Shown here: in pieces, positions 11,501 through 18,750 of the stretch | Position numbering within the stretch: position 1 is the first letter of the stretch | How the letters are laid out: each line of letters starts with the position of its first letter | Source of the DNA: an uncultured virus (IMG/VR IMGVR_UViG_3300008113_000017) | Taxonomy: Duplodnaviria > Heunggongvirae > Uroviricota > Caudoviricetes | Strand: one strand, 5' to 3' | DNA: 64,000 nucleotides | IMG/VR virus record: IMGVR_UViG_3300008113_000017 | Made by a program: the position numbers and the translations under genes | The notes under the pieces: generated by a model | What the model was told of the DNA's origin: nothing | The model's database searches: none | Seen by the model: only the letters and a program-made list of their open reading frames with translations

Positions 11501-12572
11501 CAGGACCAGCACCAATAAATTTTGAGCCCGAAGGTGCTTGCTCGCCGGATGGAAGAGTTGAAACAGAGTAGCCGTCTGCAGACGTAAAGGTGCCATCACC
11601 ATTGTCAGTCCAACCAGTTGGAGCAGACTTGCGGTTTGCTAGAAGTTCTTGTAGTGGAATTGCGTAACGTGAGTTTTTAGAGTCTGCCTTAAATGCTGGA
11701 GCTTCTCCAGTTCTAAGAATAGCTTTTAGACCTTCTACCTTAGATGCAGGAACAGAATAGATACCTGATGGAAGATCGGCTCCTCCTCCAGAAATTTCAA
11801 CTTCAATCCTGTCGCTGTCTTGTGGGTTACCAGCAAACTTACCAACGAACGACTTAATCATGTCGCCAATCATGGCAAATATACGAGATCCACCACCCAT
11901 CTCAGCAAATCGACCCTTACGGTCACGACGTTGCAACTTGGCACGTGCAGAACGTGCTGCTGAAGAGTTATTTCCAGCGAATGGGTTTCCGATACCAAAA
12001 GCAGCGGTAATTGCTTGAATCTTAATGTCTGCTGGAACAGAAGCAGTTAGTGCCTCTAGACGTGCAGCAGCGTAGATGCTCTTGCTACTTCTTGGCTGTT
12101 GAACAAATGCCTCAAAGACTGCTTTACGTACAGACTCGTCAGTGATGCGTGGGTCGTAGGAAACCCAAGCAGCATTACGGACGCGACGTGCAGATGCAGT
12201 AATCGGGCCAACGGTTTTTGTTGAGTACGGGTGAGCACTAGGGAGTAGGTCCCTAAACTCTACTACCGGAGCTTTATTGGAAGCCGGACCGTCGATAGCG
12301 TAGTCAACAAAATTGGTTACTTCACGCGCAGCGTGGAAGAAAATGTCTCGAGGGTCTTCGATGTCTAGTTTGCTTGCAATGTAACGATCTGTGTAGTTAA
12401 GAACGTCTTTTAGTGCTACTTGTCTTACCGAGGCAACTAACGCGTTTCTTTCAACAACGTAGTTTATAACGCCTCTCTTAAAGATCTGCTCACTCTCGGT
12501 GACAGTTATTTCTAGATCTTTTTCACTTAAGCTCTCTAGAGCAGCAACTAGGGGATTCAAATTTTCACTCAC
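2547..12572 (-). CDS. Giant acidic modular (polyvalent) probable virion-associated protein, 3341 aa
   Basis: Long ORF with AGGAAGG RBS-like sequence upstream, a QRRDRKGRF motif, about 18 GFxQxPG-type linkers and internally duplicated modules; lies downstream of portal and Dps fusion. Confidence 0.85.
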   Translation of the reverse strand: MSENLNPLVAALESLSEKDLEITVTESEQIFKRGVINYVVERNALVASVRQVALKDVLNYTDRYIASKLDIEDPRDIFFHAAREVTNFVDYAIDGPASNKAPVVEFRDLLPSAHPYSTKTVGPITASARRVRNAAWVSYDPRITDESVRKAVFEAFVQQPRSSKSIYAAARLEALTASVPADIKIQAITAAFGIGNPFAGNNSSAARSARAKLQRRDRKGRFAEMGGGSRIFAMIGDMIKSFVGKFAGNPQDSDRIEVEISGGGADLPSGIYSVPASKVEGLKAILRTGEAPAFKADSKNSRYAIPLQELLANRKSAPTGWTDNGDGTFTSADGYSVSTLPSGEQAPSGSKFIGAGPDGSYDSNKPVLSLSDEFGDFVGYAQEWANLQKLAADNDSGKGKAPKAKARLRKQQPAKGFAQEPGRNKKLSPKDLLENNEGFEQAPGEKEYDYGVFEYGDPKFYNNFESYYDRQKAVRFGDVEALQKNLENKKNAAYESTELKDRAIANAEELVSKAQRISPKDVAEIRAYRGINTGSIEQIQSVLDNPEYAAHHDYASKQLEKAKAYEAGEADSPYWTNKELEDIQKLMDEFGYGLPRGEYLGEEPYISLVKGDDAGDAWAELIVRADGSADLENFYVAKRYAASWDSPADADVRSDGNSIPAGSSLDDLAGLMDEGYENYDNSDDEPDTYDEDRDNRDFYGYDQAPGGENINLDDFAKKYDAVEVTTPEDAAKGIRKWSAYGHEIVYTPWSGQENNPNPSNFEINITEGENAGKRYYSGDTIGVGVLSSEYGYNLRSQNDIEGIFAFPKNKKREKDGLEPLKSDVKKAREAKIEQIKYNRGLKAKVFTSFKDLDAEAMKSLLEDPEYAKYHDVIAAQLKKYDDYENGSSESSFYSDEELAAIKNLAEEYGYSGDVFPDDDGVIFLTLGSEDNYKYAELEIYPGGAAELTQYTAGKYNPGGWDEPPSQDVDTSYESLPLGSSMDDIAGIFGAGESDYDPPEPPEGPEDWERDGFYQAPGNEPEINTVDDLVKAYGKDFKEITSESDKAAGKRVWFYEGDAGSAEITQYSDGTVDVVGGSLVKSPFGGDKEREFSDGYDPKNYGEGEDGKIGALDEAFGNAQAKSNDRDYYDVDGFEGYDQMPGFSQEPGGKSSDPATDAQRGFVANILEKQGDKLPEELRKSMQDILANKEATKGEIGAVIGEMRKAVDTNVPSDRQLASIRRGLISKGLPAKEAADLSKRLPKMTKDEASDLITRLKGMPDTNGWEDASPNLLKKNSEGLMMRYTPKGDGTWDVTPISQDGGELGASSNFKSIGAAEKAANDISLADLPGQDDIEGFAQAPGEDEPLKYKLPVDAFKDANWSAEAFKDRTWVSRDGRIKITYVRDADAGYYADDPAVDTSYLEVSVDGEKYTIDLEDGQPVRYIDRPYSQPIELMDIDDYADEIENVISKHLNSSPKRRNLAKDYSGELDSSFDFRDEWKSKDGKLEIKYVDKSGDYDYETNKGAASAYVEGGDWEVSYDGKPIGYVQNFVLVDDSSRYPDMEPEGVEREAEEIVSDLKELLRGGPNIKYGERTDDIEGFSQSAGQAGGVDEAHIANLSHWFGDPEGGNDATYKSPDGRLTLESMADGEPDMGFGGTNLSRISVSYDGEWVGELPYIGWGYDSADLAKDVGVLVDKFLKKQTGGFDQKPGESSNKRGKFLLYPDSDIFFAATAETEDGGIVRLEKDKGMITPIAYNRNGEIMGQGEPTDNLDKALEDGERLFSELEGNARKSPDEMGGFAQEPGDEPPAWTKDPASSLQYNKLQGILDNQGEKLPTDVRDMVEEAVANKALTKGEMGKLLAEVGKSADLSISYTPKIDRKAADNPDLWDRSGNFTSADGRLKVVVEGDPDGNFLVVTFDGKPVDIVPDYEDEIRQAIEDIDKANLGFGDPLKAKQDAVEAIDRALRDANGESPAAGFAQATGKPEVLQPTSNRGYSTSPTSNKQIEVNPTDDGKWEVSHAYNHMARSGNEFAFDEGSQKFDSIKQALVFANEKLDYYNGDKVFSDAEDAAADLESGGFAQEPGRKYTPINNSKLITSDDGSLSTTFGEPGQIEVNPTNDGKWEVNHQFIHMDKSRGELPFDEGSKTFDTKGEALAFANEKLNYYNSMEVNQDAEDYAADLDYGGFGQAPGNGPSPEVRAKNKALAKRLVEKYAFIEDGGLDEDDEDYEAAQEIKELNENYLDNLARTNPAEYFYKIANAAEAINASPSEFKRMIEKPYNYHDYVLDAEMNTWAEDQNNDHWLNEIGFGSEGEGFAQRPGGEEPAKNYAWTNYPKGRIDFTPKAANKPIRDKVNRAVKEAEDILQGKIDKSDNRDEIRDLQQQKAQFGWAARSKQFKYLPQDGELAGLASDVQNAWDEQDKINKDLFSKSEEDANKILSALGAEDDGYFDSEKLSELAGDYDNEELSDLVQNAMSYNDDYLNGLAESDPYSYYNLIADMAVANGYNGREIKGAIEKPSRYHSEVLAYKLFLEADKESGFGPGEWFDTIGLNNGEDYDFFREDKSGGFAQEPGTGSDLLEEDPNALDLKSVDKVGGVVYKDANGNISDVRYGVYKNEDGTESNRWFAKYANPENRNGLGNTTSKSFNSPEAAEKWLRKQIADGNKKQNKEKTGGLSAKQMEPATPAQYALLQEYADERVPADDLTAQAITEALANKNLTKAQMSALIGPMRDAPFKPGVDPNKPSDRALQSLNSKLVTKDLTPEEVKDILDNLPNMNRAEVDALNDKLRRKKDRPETIGFAQEPGIPGEEQFNRDRAGDDFTESGPAEVAGEMDAYYNSLKGERIDELARRLDAANEDTFLMLDGDNLREMLAESDPDNPDNKKYGKDWAVEQSYMFASDLQDVVSRLRRDNSSDSSLADELDNLRDQVIKRIEDRAGIRAALRDPDDLRNLDLSDVEDEMATAREIYYSTDADKIAEAADDGYWGDYRSGGAEINIDNEPNENGKYEARITYGSDSGDSAYDRQEFDDRDDAIEWAANEAADYNSNLSQNFSEANLEKELSTAIENGTEQEFIDRMARLYEDFGDARVSDEFRYALSDFVDRAQRILDKKNRKKDQGGFAQEPGRKGTPVRDDKLSQNSDGGYTTDPYSDSQIEVWYKGDGEWEVDHSYQYMDKDAEFQYDEGSQTFGSKEEALAFANEKLDYYNSDLVDEDAENSRGYYDDVNDDSDGFSQEPGNAVVSPKMGEPATDAQYDYLKELGGNRDGIDPELATAIQDALSSKNLTKAQMGAMLGQLRALNPKAGVDTGKPTPRQLKRVKDLANSLGLTSAEKRKLGITNLNSKSADEIQRLIDTLKRRGANSPKA

Positions 12573-12662
12573 TTAGGAGTACCTTCCTACTACAGGTATC
12601 GCGACTGTTTTATTGTAACAAACTTAGAAAAAGTTTATCGTATTATGTGTACTTTGATTAGT

Positions 12663-13781
12663 TTAACCGTGTACGAAATAGCCTAATGCAAATGCAAGAG
12701 CTGTATTAAATCCAGACTTGCCCTTAGACTGCCCGTAGATCCAAGCATCCTTGATCTGGCTAACGGCTTCATAGCCTTTTCCAGAGAATTCAGCAATATC
12801 TAGGACTGCATCATCATTACGCTTGTACTCGCCAGGCTTTCTAACAGTTACGGTTAGACCGTTTTTAACTGCAGCTGAAGCCACAAGTGGGTCAATGCTT
12901 AGGGCCTTAGGGTGAGTATGAGGCAGCAAATCAGCGTCATCGGTTGAGAATGTTGTTAGCAACTTCTCACTACCAATCTGAGACAAGAAGTTCTGTACTC
13001 GGCTAATTGCAAAGCGGTGGCGGGTTGTGCCTTCGGACATTTCACCAGCGTACTTTCTAGCTCCACGGCGGTAAACGGTCTTGCACTTAGCAAAAGTAGT
13101 CTTTAGGCCATCCTGAGCAGAAGCGTTGTAGTTGTCAACAAGTGATCGCAGCTCTGCTTCAACGTTGGTTGGAAGCACTAGTTCGCGAGAACGTCCAGAT
13201 GCAAAGAATGCAGTTCCGTCTTGGTCATAACCATCTAGGAATGCAAGCTCGTCGTCCCAGCCGTCCTGAGAAATTGGAACTATAGGAGACTCAACGTCAA
13301 CAATCATAATTGTGCTAGTCGATGGGACCTGCATTCCTAGAGTTGCAGCCAACTGCCACTGCCACTTCTGGTGCATGTCTATTCGCTCGGCAATAAAGTT
13401 TGCAACTCCCTGCTCATTGCAGCCATTTGCACAGTCAAAAGTCTGAACAAGGTGAGAGATAAGTTTACCGTTGACGTCAAGTAAAGACGAAACCATACGA
13501 GTCGGGTCGCTAGAGATTATCTTCTCTGGAACACAGGTCGCAAGGTCGTTGAACTCTGACATCATAAATGGAGCGTCAAAGCCGAGCTTGCGGATGTTCT
13601 CCGCCAGTGGGTCTAGCGATCCAGATACGTCTTCGTAAATGTCGCCAAAAAACTCGTGGAACTCTCTGAAGTCCATGCCTTTGACGTTCCAGTGATAGCC
13701 GTGAGAAACGTGATACATAACAGCAGCGTTTGCAAGTGCTGTAGATAGCTTGTCTCTTAGATCGGTTTTTGAGTGAGTCAT
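12663..13781 (-). CDS. Dps/ferritin-like domain fused to a VYRRGA...DLLPxxHP domain
   Basis: N-terminal Dps signatures HGYHWNVKGMDFREFHEFFGDIYE, LAENIRKLG and HQKWQWQL; the C-terminal part aligns by eye with a domain of 58998..60554. Confidence 0.85.
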   Translation of the reverse strand: MTHSKTDLRDKLSTALANAAVMYHVSHGYHWNVKGMDFREFHEFFGDIYEDVSGSLDPLAENIRKLGFDAPFMMSEFNDLATCVPEKIISSDPTRMVSSLLDVNGKLISHLVQTFDCANGCNEQGVANFIAERIDMHQKWQWQLAATLGMQVPSTSTIMIVDVESPIVPISQDGWDDELAFLDGYDQDGTAFFASGRSRELVLPTNVEAELRSLVDNYNASAQDGLKTTFAKCKTVYRRGARKYAGEMSEGTTRHRFAISRVQNFLSQIGSEKLLTTFSTDDADLLPHTHPKALSIDPLVASAAVKNGLTVTVRKPGEYKRNDDAVLDIAEFSGKGYEAVSQIKDAWIYGQSKGKSGFNTALAFALGYFVHG

Positions 13782-13790
13782 CTTTTTACC

Positions 13791-15551
13791 TTACTGTGGT
13801 TCCGCTAGCGGAATTGGGGGAGCCTCCGGGTTTTCCTGGGCCGGAGCTTCTTGGGTTGGAGCTCCAGAAGGCGGAATTGCCTCTGGAGTTGGAGCTGCGG
13901 GAGCAGCGGGAGCAGGAGCAGGGGCACCTGGTTGTGCGCCTTGTAGCATCTGCTCTAAGCCTGGTGGAATTGGAGCAACAGAAGTTGCCTGTGATGCAGC
14001 ACGGGTAGCTTCCATAACTTCTGGAGCGACTGCGTTTAGCATAGCTTCGGTAAGTTCTGGCGTGATCATACCCTTGTCCATAATCATACGTAGAGCAACC
14101 TCTGTTGGACTTGGTGCATCCTGGTCTGAGAATCCGTGAGCACGTCTCCAAGTGTCGTAAGAAACTGCCATCTTCTCAAAGCCGGAGTCTGCATCCATTG
14201 CTCGGTCGTTACGAGTTGCAACTGCTGATGGGTCATACCAAGCAACAACTCTCTCGACTTCAGTGCGCGAGAAGCCATTGGCTAGAAGATATGGACGTAA
14301 GTAAACAACAGTAATCGCGTCTGCAATTAAAAGCATAAGTGGCTCAATGTGAGCCTTGTAAAGTGACTCGTCGATCTGAACCGCGTTTGAATACTTTACG
14401 TTTGCAAGACCAGTAACAATATCCTTAGGAACGTCGAGACCTTGCAGAATACGCTCTAGTACACGGTCAGCACGTTGAACAAGAGTTGCATCGAATGAAC
14501 GCTCAAACTTGAACTGCTTAATCTTGTCACCAAGTTCCGCAGGACCACGAATGATCAGAGGAACAACTGCGGATGCAGAATCCTCGTCACGAATCGGAGT
14601 GGTCATCGCGTCGATTAGCTGGTCTTCAAATTCATCTGCCATCTCTTCTGGAGTTGGTTCAGCGGAAAGACCGTCTGCATCATCGTACGGATAACTAGGG
14701 TCCGGAGTTGCGGCTACGGACAGGCCATCAGGCAGATAGAGCGCACCAGCGTTCAGACGGGAACGCGCCGTTGCACGGAACGTACGGTTTAGCAACAGTA
14801 GTTCTGCGCAAAGATCTAGAAGGCCACGTAAGCTCGAATCAGCTTCTTCAGAAAAACGTGGGTGAGCTCGCCAAATACGTCCTACGAACGCATTTGGTGG
14901 AAGTTTGATTCCCATGCCTTTACCATTTGCTGTTCCTTGTAGCATTTCACGACGGGCAATAACAGAGTACTGTCCTTTGGTGTCAATCTGCAGTTCGTCA
15001 ATTGATCGGATGTCCCAGCTTTCTGGAATTCCAGATCCTTGACGTTCAGGAATTTGTACTAGGTAGCATTCGCCGGTAACAGATAGGTTTAGGGCGGCGT
15101 CACGCAAAAGACCAGCCTGGCCTCCGTATGCGGAGTCTAGACGTTGAATTGCACGTTCGGCTGCAGAAGCTAGACGTGCTTCAATTGCATCTGCGTTACG
15201 AATTGGAACTGGTGCTTCTGCTGGATCAATAATGACCGCAGCGTAAAGACGAATACGAGAAACAACGGAAGCAACGAGTGAGAATGCGTATTTGATTTCA
15301 CCGATCGCGTCGTAGTATTCCCAAGCTTCAGACTGCCACGCAGAAGAAGATGCTAGACGTCGGTTTCTAAATTGCTCGGCTTCGGTTCTGTCGTTCAGTT
15401 TAATCTGAGCAGCGGCAGCAGTAAGTGGACGTGGTTGATTATAACTTACCGAGGTCGCCGGAATGTATCCGTACGGAATTGGTAGAGACGTAGGTGGAAG
15501 TGGCATCGAGGTATTGCGACTTCGAGCTGGTTCACGTCTGAAAACTGCCAT
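13791..15551 (-). CDS. Portal protein (actinophage type)
   Basis: 586 aa; PLTAAA...WQSEAWEYYDAIGEIKYA...SRIRLYAA, LNLSVTGECYL and AVVPLII pattern resembles mycobacteriophage cluster B-type portals; Pro/Ala-rich tail; near terminase. Confidence 0.75.
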   Translation of the reverse strand: MAVFRREPARSRNTSMPLPPTSLPIPYGYIPATSVSYNQPRPLTAAAAQIKLNDRTEAEQFRNRRLASSSAWQSEAWEYYDAIGEIKYAFSLVASVVSRIRLYAAVIIDPAEAPVPIRNADAIEARLASAAERAIQRLDSAYGGQAGLLRDAALNLSVTGECYLVQIPERQGSGIPESWDIRSIDELQIDTKGQYSVIARREMLQGTANGKGMGIKLPPNAFVGRIWRAHPRFSEEADSSLRGLLDLCAELLLLNRTFRATARSRLNAGALYLPDGLSVAATPDPSYPYDDADGLSAEPTPEEMADEFEDQLIDAMTTPIRDEDSASAVVPLIIRGPAELGDKIKQFKFERSFDATLVQRADRVLERILQGLDVPKDIVTGLANVKYSNAVQIDESLYKAHIEPLMLLIADAITVVYLRPYLLANGFSRTEVERVVAWYDPSAVATRNDRAMDADSGFEKMAVSYDTWRRAHGFSDQDAPSPTEVALRMIMDKGMITPELTEAMLNAVAPEVMEATRAASQATSVAPIPPGLEQMLQGAQPGAPAPAPAAPAAPTPEAIPPSGAPTQEAPAQENPEAPPIPLAEPQ

Positions 15552-15574
15552 TGGAGGCTCCTGTAGTTATCTAG

Positions 15575-15868
15575 TTAGTTGTCGAGCTTGTTAGTTACTA
15601 GACCTGCAATTGCAGAAAGGGCTAGCGGCAGCAAGCAAACAAACGTTACTGATGGATATATTGTATATGAAATAGTGACTAGTGATCCGAACCAAATGCT
15701 CATACACCAGTTGCATGTGAATAAATAGCCGAATGTGGTTGATGGTGGAAAGCGTTTCCACACACGTTGACGTAGGGCATCAAAAATAACGTCGGTTGTA
15801 AATAGACGTGCAAGTCTAAACGTTCCGAGAGATAGAACTAAGAGTTGAATTAGGGTTAGATCGTTCAT
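15575..15868 (-). CDS. DUF1360-like membrane protein
   Basis: RLARLFTTDVIFDALR and GYLFTCNWCMSIW with hydrophobic helices; ATG at 15868 overlaps the upstream stop (ATGA). Confidence 0.7.
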   Translation of the reverse strand: MNDLTLIQLLVLSLGTFRLARLFTTDVIFDALRQRVWKRFPPSTTFGYLFTCNWCMSIWFGSLVTISYTIYPSVTFVCLLPLALSAIAGLVTNKLDN

Positions 15869-16233
15869 TGAGTAGGGTCCAGTATCGAGCTTAGAGTGCG
15901 GTATGGATTCCACGCACGAAGACGTGAGCCACAGCCGCAAGAGTTATCTTTTTGGAATGCAAGCATCTTACCAGACGTCGTTAAAACGCGATATACGCCT
16001 GATTGAGAGTCTGCAGGAAAGTATGAAAGATACGTCTCGTGGAAGACGATCTGAGGGCCCTCTGGGGCATCTGAGGCCACTGTGACGTGTGTGTCAGAGA
16101 CTATTACACGGGTCGTAGAGACGTAGAAGGTTCCAAGGATGTGAGAGATTGGATTTAGCTCAAAGACGTCCCTAAGGGCACCTGCAGGGGCCGCAGAAAA
16201 GTGTGCAGGAAAGACATCGGCTAGTATTCTCAT
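15865..16233 (-). CDS. Hypothetical protein (CGCGS motif)
   Basis: ORF translationally coupled to both neighbours. Confidence 0.65.
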   Translation of the reverse strand: MRILADVFPAHFSAAPAGALRDVFELNPISHILGTFYVSTTRVIVSDTHVTVASDAPEGPQIVFHETYLSYFPADSQSGVYRVLTTSGKMLAFQKDNSCGCGSRLRAWNPYRTLSSILDPTQ

Positions 16234-16730
16234 TAGCTACCTAGTCTACGGGATATGGCTCGATGTGTGACTCCAGCTGCCCTGGCTATGTCAGCAATCG
16301 AGACGTTGTTGGCTCGAAGATCTTTAGCCATTTGAGTGAAAAGGGAATTGGCTACAGACTCAGGAGAAGATGACGCCATACCGGAACGGAAACGTCGGGC
16401 CAGGGGTGCTAGACGTCGGAGTTCTTCAGCGGTGATCGGAGGAACACCGGGGGATTTAGGAGTCTTTCTTTGATAGCCGTTGGCCGACGTTTTTAATGTT
16501 GGATCGGGAATAGGGACGTCGACGGTAACGTTTGGAGAAGGTCTATCCACCCAAGCTTTGACAGACGAACGTCCTTTCGGTGGATAGAGAGCGGACCCGA
16601 TTGCGGAAAGGGTCCAACCCCCACGAAAGAGTTGCTGAACTCGGAGGACTTTGTGATCGTAGTCGAGAGAGTTTAGAAAAAGGGTTTCCGTTTGTGGAAG
16701 CTTTTGATTACGAGCTGGACGTCTGGACAT
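16233..16730 (-). CDS. Double HTH-like DNA-binding protein, paralog of 20174..20737
   Basis: GWTLSAIG...LAPLARRFR...VSIADIARAAGVTHRAISRRL; leaderless -10 TAAACT-6nt-ATG. Confidence 0.65.
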   Translation of the reverse strand: MSRRPARNQKLPQTETLFLNSLDYDHKVLRVQQLFRGGWTLSAIGSALYPPKGRSSVKAWVDRPSPNVTVDVPIPDPTLKTSANGYQRKTPKSPGVPPITAEELRRLAPLARRFRSGMASSSPESVANSLFTQMAKDLRANNVSIADIARAAGVTHRAISRRLGS

Positions 16731-17078
16731 GTGTACAGTTTATCAGAAGATGAGACATTGATTGCGGCTGTACTGTGCGTAAAAATGATACATTAACGTT
16801 TTTTGACTTTGGGCTGCGAGACGGCAACGCATGTTTTTCGCGTGCCGTCAAAACGTTTCCTGAATAATTCCTGAAAATCACAAGTTAGGTTAGGCTAACC
16901 TAAGTTGTCTTGCGTGTAATGTGTGGGGGGTGGACGCAACTTCTAACGAACCAGACCAGACTTTATAAGTTAGGTTAGCCTAACCTAACCAACTACAAAC
17001 CTGACCAAGCCAAGCAAGTCATTTGGATACAAACAAAGCAACCCAAGCAAGTAGCATAACTTCCAACAGACTTCTAAC

Positions 17079-17390
17079 GAGCTGAGCTACGAGCTGAGCT
17101 ACAAGCTAGCTATGAGCTGAGCTAGCTCAAAGCTACGAGCTGAGCTACGAGCTGAGCTACAAACTTCTAACGAGCTGAGCTGAGCTATGGGCTAGCTACT
17201 AGCTACGAGCTGAGCTTAGCTGAGCTATGAGCTACTAGCTATGAGCTGAGCTACGAGCTACAAGCTACGAGCTATGAGCTACTAGCTATGAGCTGAGCTA
17301 CGAGCCGAGCTGAGCTACGAGCTGAGCTGAGCTATGAGCTAGCTACTAGCTATGAGCTGAGCTGAGCTGAGCTACGAGCTAAGCTAGCAA
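17079..17390. repeat. AGCT-based degenerate tandem array (GAGCT/GAGCTAC/GAGCTAT units)
   Basis: About 48 AGCT in about 310 bp by manual count; non-coding. Confidence 0.95.
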
Positions 17391-17486
17391 ACTATCACCG
17401 CATCAACTTACAAAGTTCTATGGTGAAGCAGTAGTGATTAGTAATGACTAACAAACTTATTCCTGTCCGTCTAAACAACACATACG

Positions 17487-17614
17487 GATCCAAATGATAA
17501 TAAAGCAATGATCAAATAAGCAAAGGCAAATAAATAATTGATCAACAATGATCACAAAGAGAGATCGTGATCAGCGATCATAAATAATGATCAAACCAAT
17601 ACAAATAACGATCC
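17487..17614. repeat. GATC-dense A-rich block
   Basis: 9 GATC in about 130 bp. Confidence 0.85.
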
Positions 17615-17627
17615 GTATGTCCGTGTA

Positions 17628-17790
17628 TGAGCTGAGCTATGAGCTGAGCTATCCAGCTATCCGTATGAGCTGAGCTATCAACTTATAATGAGCTGAGCTA
17701 TCCGTATGAGCTGAGCTATCAACTTATAATGAGCTGAGCTATCCGTATGAGCTGAGCTATGAGCTACAAGCTGAGCTGAGCTATCCGTAT
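17628..17790. repeat. Second AGCT array including a 41-bp tandem unit
   Basis: ATCCGTATGAGCTGAGCTATCAACTTATAATGAGCTGAGCT at 17659 and 17700, partial copy at 17741; about 19 AGCT. Confidence 0.9.
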
Positions 17791-17834
17791 AAATAAATAA
17801 TCCCCTATCAAGTTGATAAGGGATTATTTATTTA
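17790..17834. terminator. Intrinsic terminator hairpin (probably bidirectional)
   Basis: TAAATAAATAATCCCCTATCA-AGT-TGATAAGGGATTATTTATTTA just downstream of 17843..18181. Confidence 0.75.
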
Positions 17835-17842
17835 GATACAAA

Positions 17843-18181
17843 CTAACCGAATACTACATCGCCAAACAAAGCAACTTGGATAATACAATCGGCGTCTTCG
17901 GCGTCATAATCAACATCGCTAGGGTCGCTAATAATCTGTTGGCATACTGCCTTAGTGTTGCTGTTGATAGATACTTCACCCGTAGCAAGTTTTTTGGCTG
18001 CGTCAAATAAGTCTTGATAGGTAATAGTTTTTGACGCCCAGCTCTCAACATACTCCGGCAATAGATACACCTTATAAGTTTGGCTGTCCGGATTATGCTG
18101 ACCCTTGCTGACCCAATAGCCAATCCAATAGCCACCATCGTCAATAATGTTCTCAATCAGTTCTGCTGTTTCTTGATTCAC
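17843..18181 (-). CDS. Hypothetical phage protein
   Basis: GAAAGGAAA RBS, GTG start, C-terminal ADCIIQVALFGDVVFG. Confidence 0.7.
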   Translation of the reverse strand: MNQETAELIENIIDDGGYWIGYWVSKGQHNPDSQTYKVYLLPEYVESWASKTITYQDLFDAAKKLATGEVSINSNTKAVCQQIISDPSDVDYDAEDADCIIQVALFGDVVFG

Positions 18182-18218
18182 TAGATTTCCTTTCAGTAGT
18201 GATTACTAGATAACTATA

Positions 18219-18446
18219 CTACGCTTCGCACTGCCAGCAAGCACAATCGTTATCCCCATAGAGATAAACCCCGTGTTCGCAATAATCAGTATTACGCTTC
18301 TGCTCTAACGCTTCGCCCATTTGATCAATACTAATGAGCAACCTTTCACTAGCGTTGCCTAGTGATAGTTTGCGATACGCTTCTTCCAAAGCATAACGCA
18401 AGGTTTCAGTGGAATAGTTTTTGTAAGGGTTTTCGGTGTTAGCCAT
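18219..18446 (-). CDS. Hypothetical protein with C-terminal Cys/His motif
   Basis: CEHG...CACWQC; coupled to upstream gene. Confidence 0.6.
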   Translation of the reverse strand: MANTENPYKNYSTETLRYALEEAYRKLSLGNASERLLISIDQMGEALEQKRNTDYCEHGVYLYGDNDCACWQCEA

Positions 18447-18675
18447 TTTGCTCACCACACTTTCGGCAGTTAGTTTCTAGCGAATGGAAATAGTTTCCAC
18501 ATTGTTTTATTAGACCGAGCTTGGCTAATGTTCTAACTGCTCCTGCTAAACTAGCGACATTTTTACTAGCAACATCGTAAGGTCTAGCGTTAGCGATTTG
18601 CTCGGGTGTTCCAGCGTAGTTCCAACTAACAACATAGGTAAGCATTTTTCGTTGTTGCTGATTTAGTTTTAGCAC
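18439..18675 (-). CDS. Hypothetical protein
   Basis: GGAAAGGG RBS and its own promoter at 18705-18726. Confidence 0.6.
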   Translation of the reverse strand: MLKLNQQQRKMLTYVVSWNYAGTPEQIANARPYDVASKNVASLAGAVRTLAKLGLIKQCGNYFHSLETNCRKCGEQNG

Positions 18676-18704
18676 TTAGGTTCCCTTTCCGTAGTGGTAA
18701 GTCA

Positions 18705-18726
18705 ATGCTACTACATACAACCGACA
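18705..18726 (-). promoter_or_regulatory. TGTCGG-N10-TAGCAT promoter (RecA-NDp/PafBC-type)
   Basis: Exact consensus spacing; preceded by TTGCTT and GGGAATAAA. Confidence 0.7.
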
Positions 18727-18750
18727 AAGCAAGGGATTTATTCCCAGAGA

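Noticed and set aside
13786..14151. 121-aa Cys/Ser/Arg-rich ORF overlapping the portal 3' end
   Set aside because: Alternative-frame product of the Pro/Ala-rich portal tail; I saw no RBS or slippery site supporting it.
17079..17790. CRISPR array
   Set aside because: Units are 4-7 bp degenerate tandem repeats and one 41-bp tandem unit; there are no unique spacers and no cas genes.
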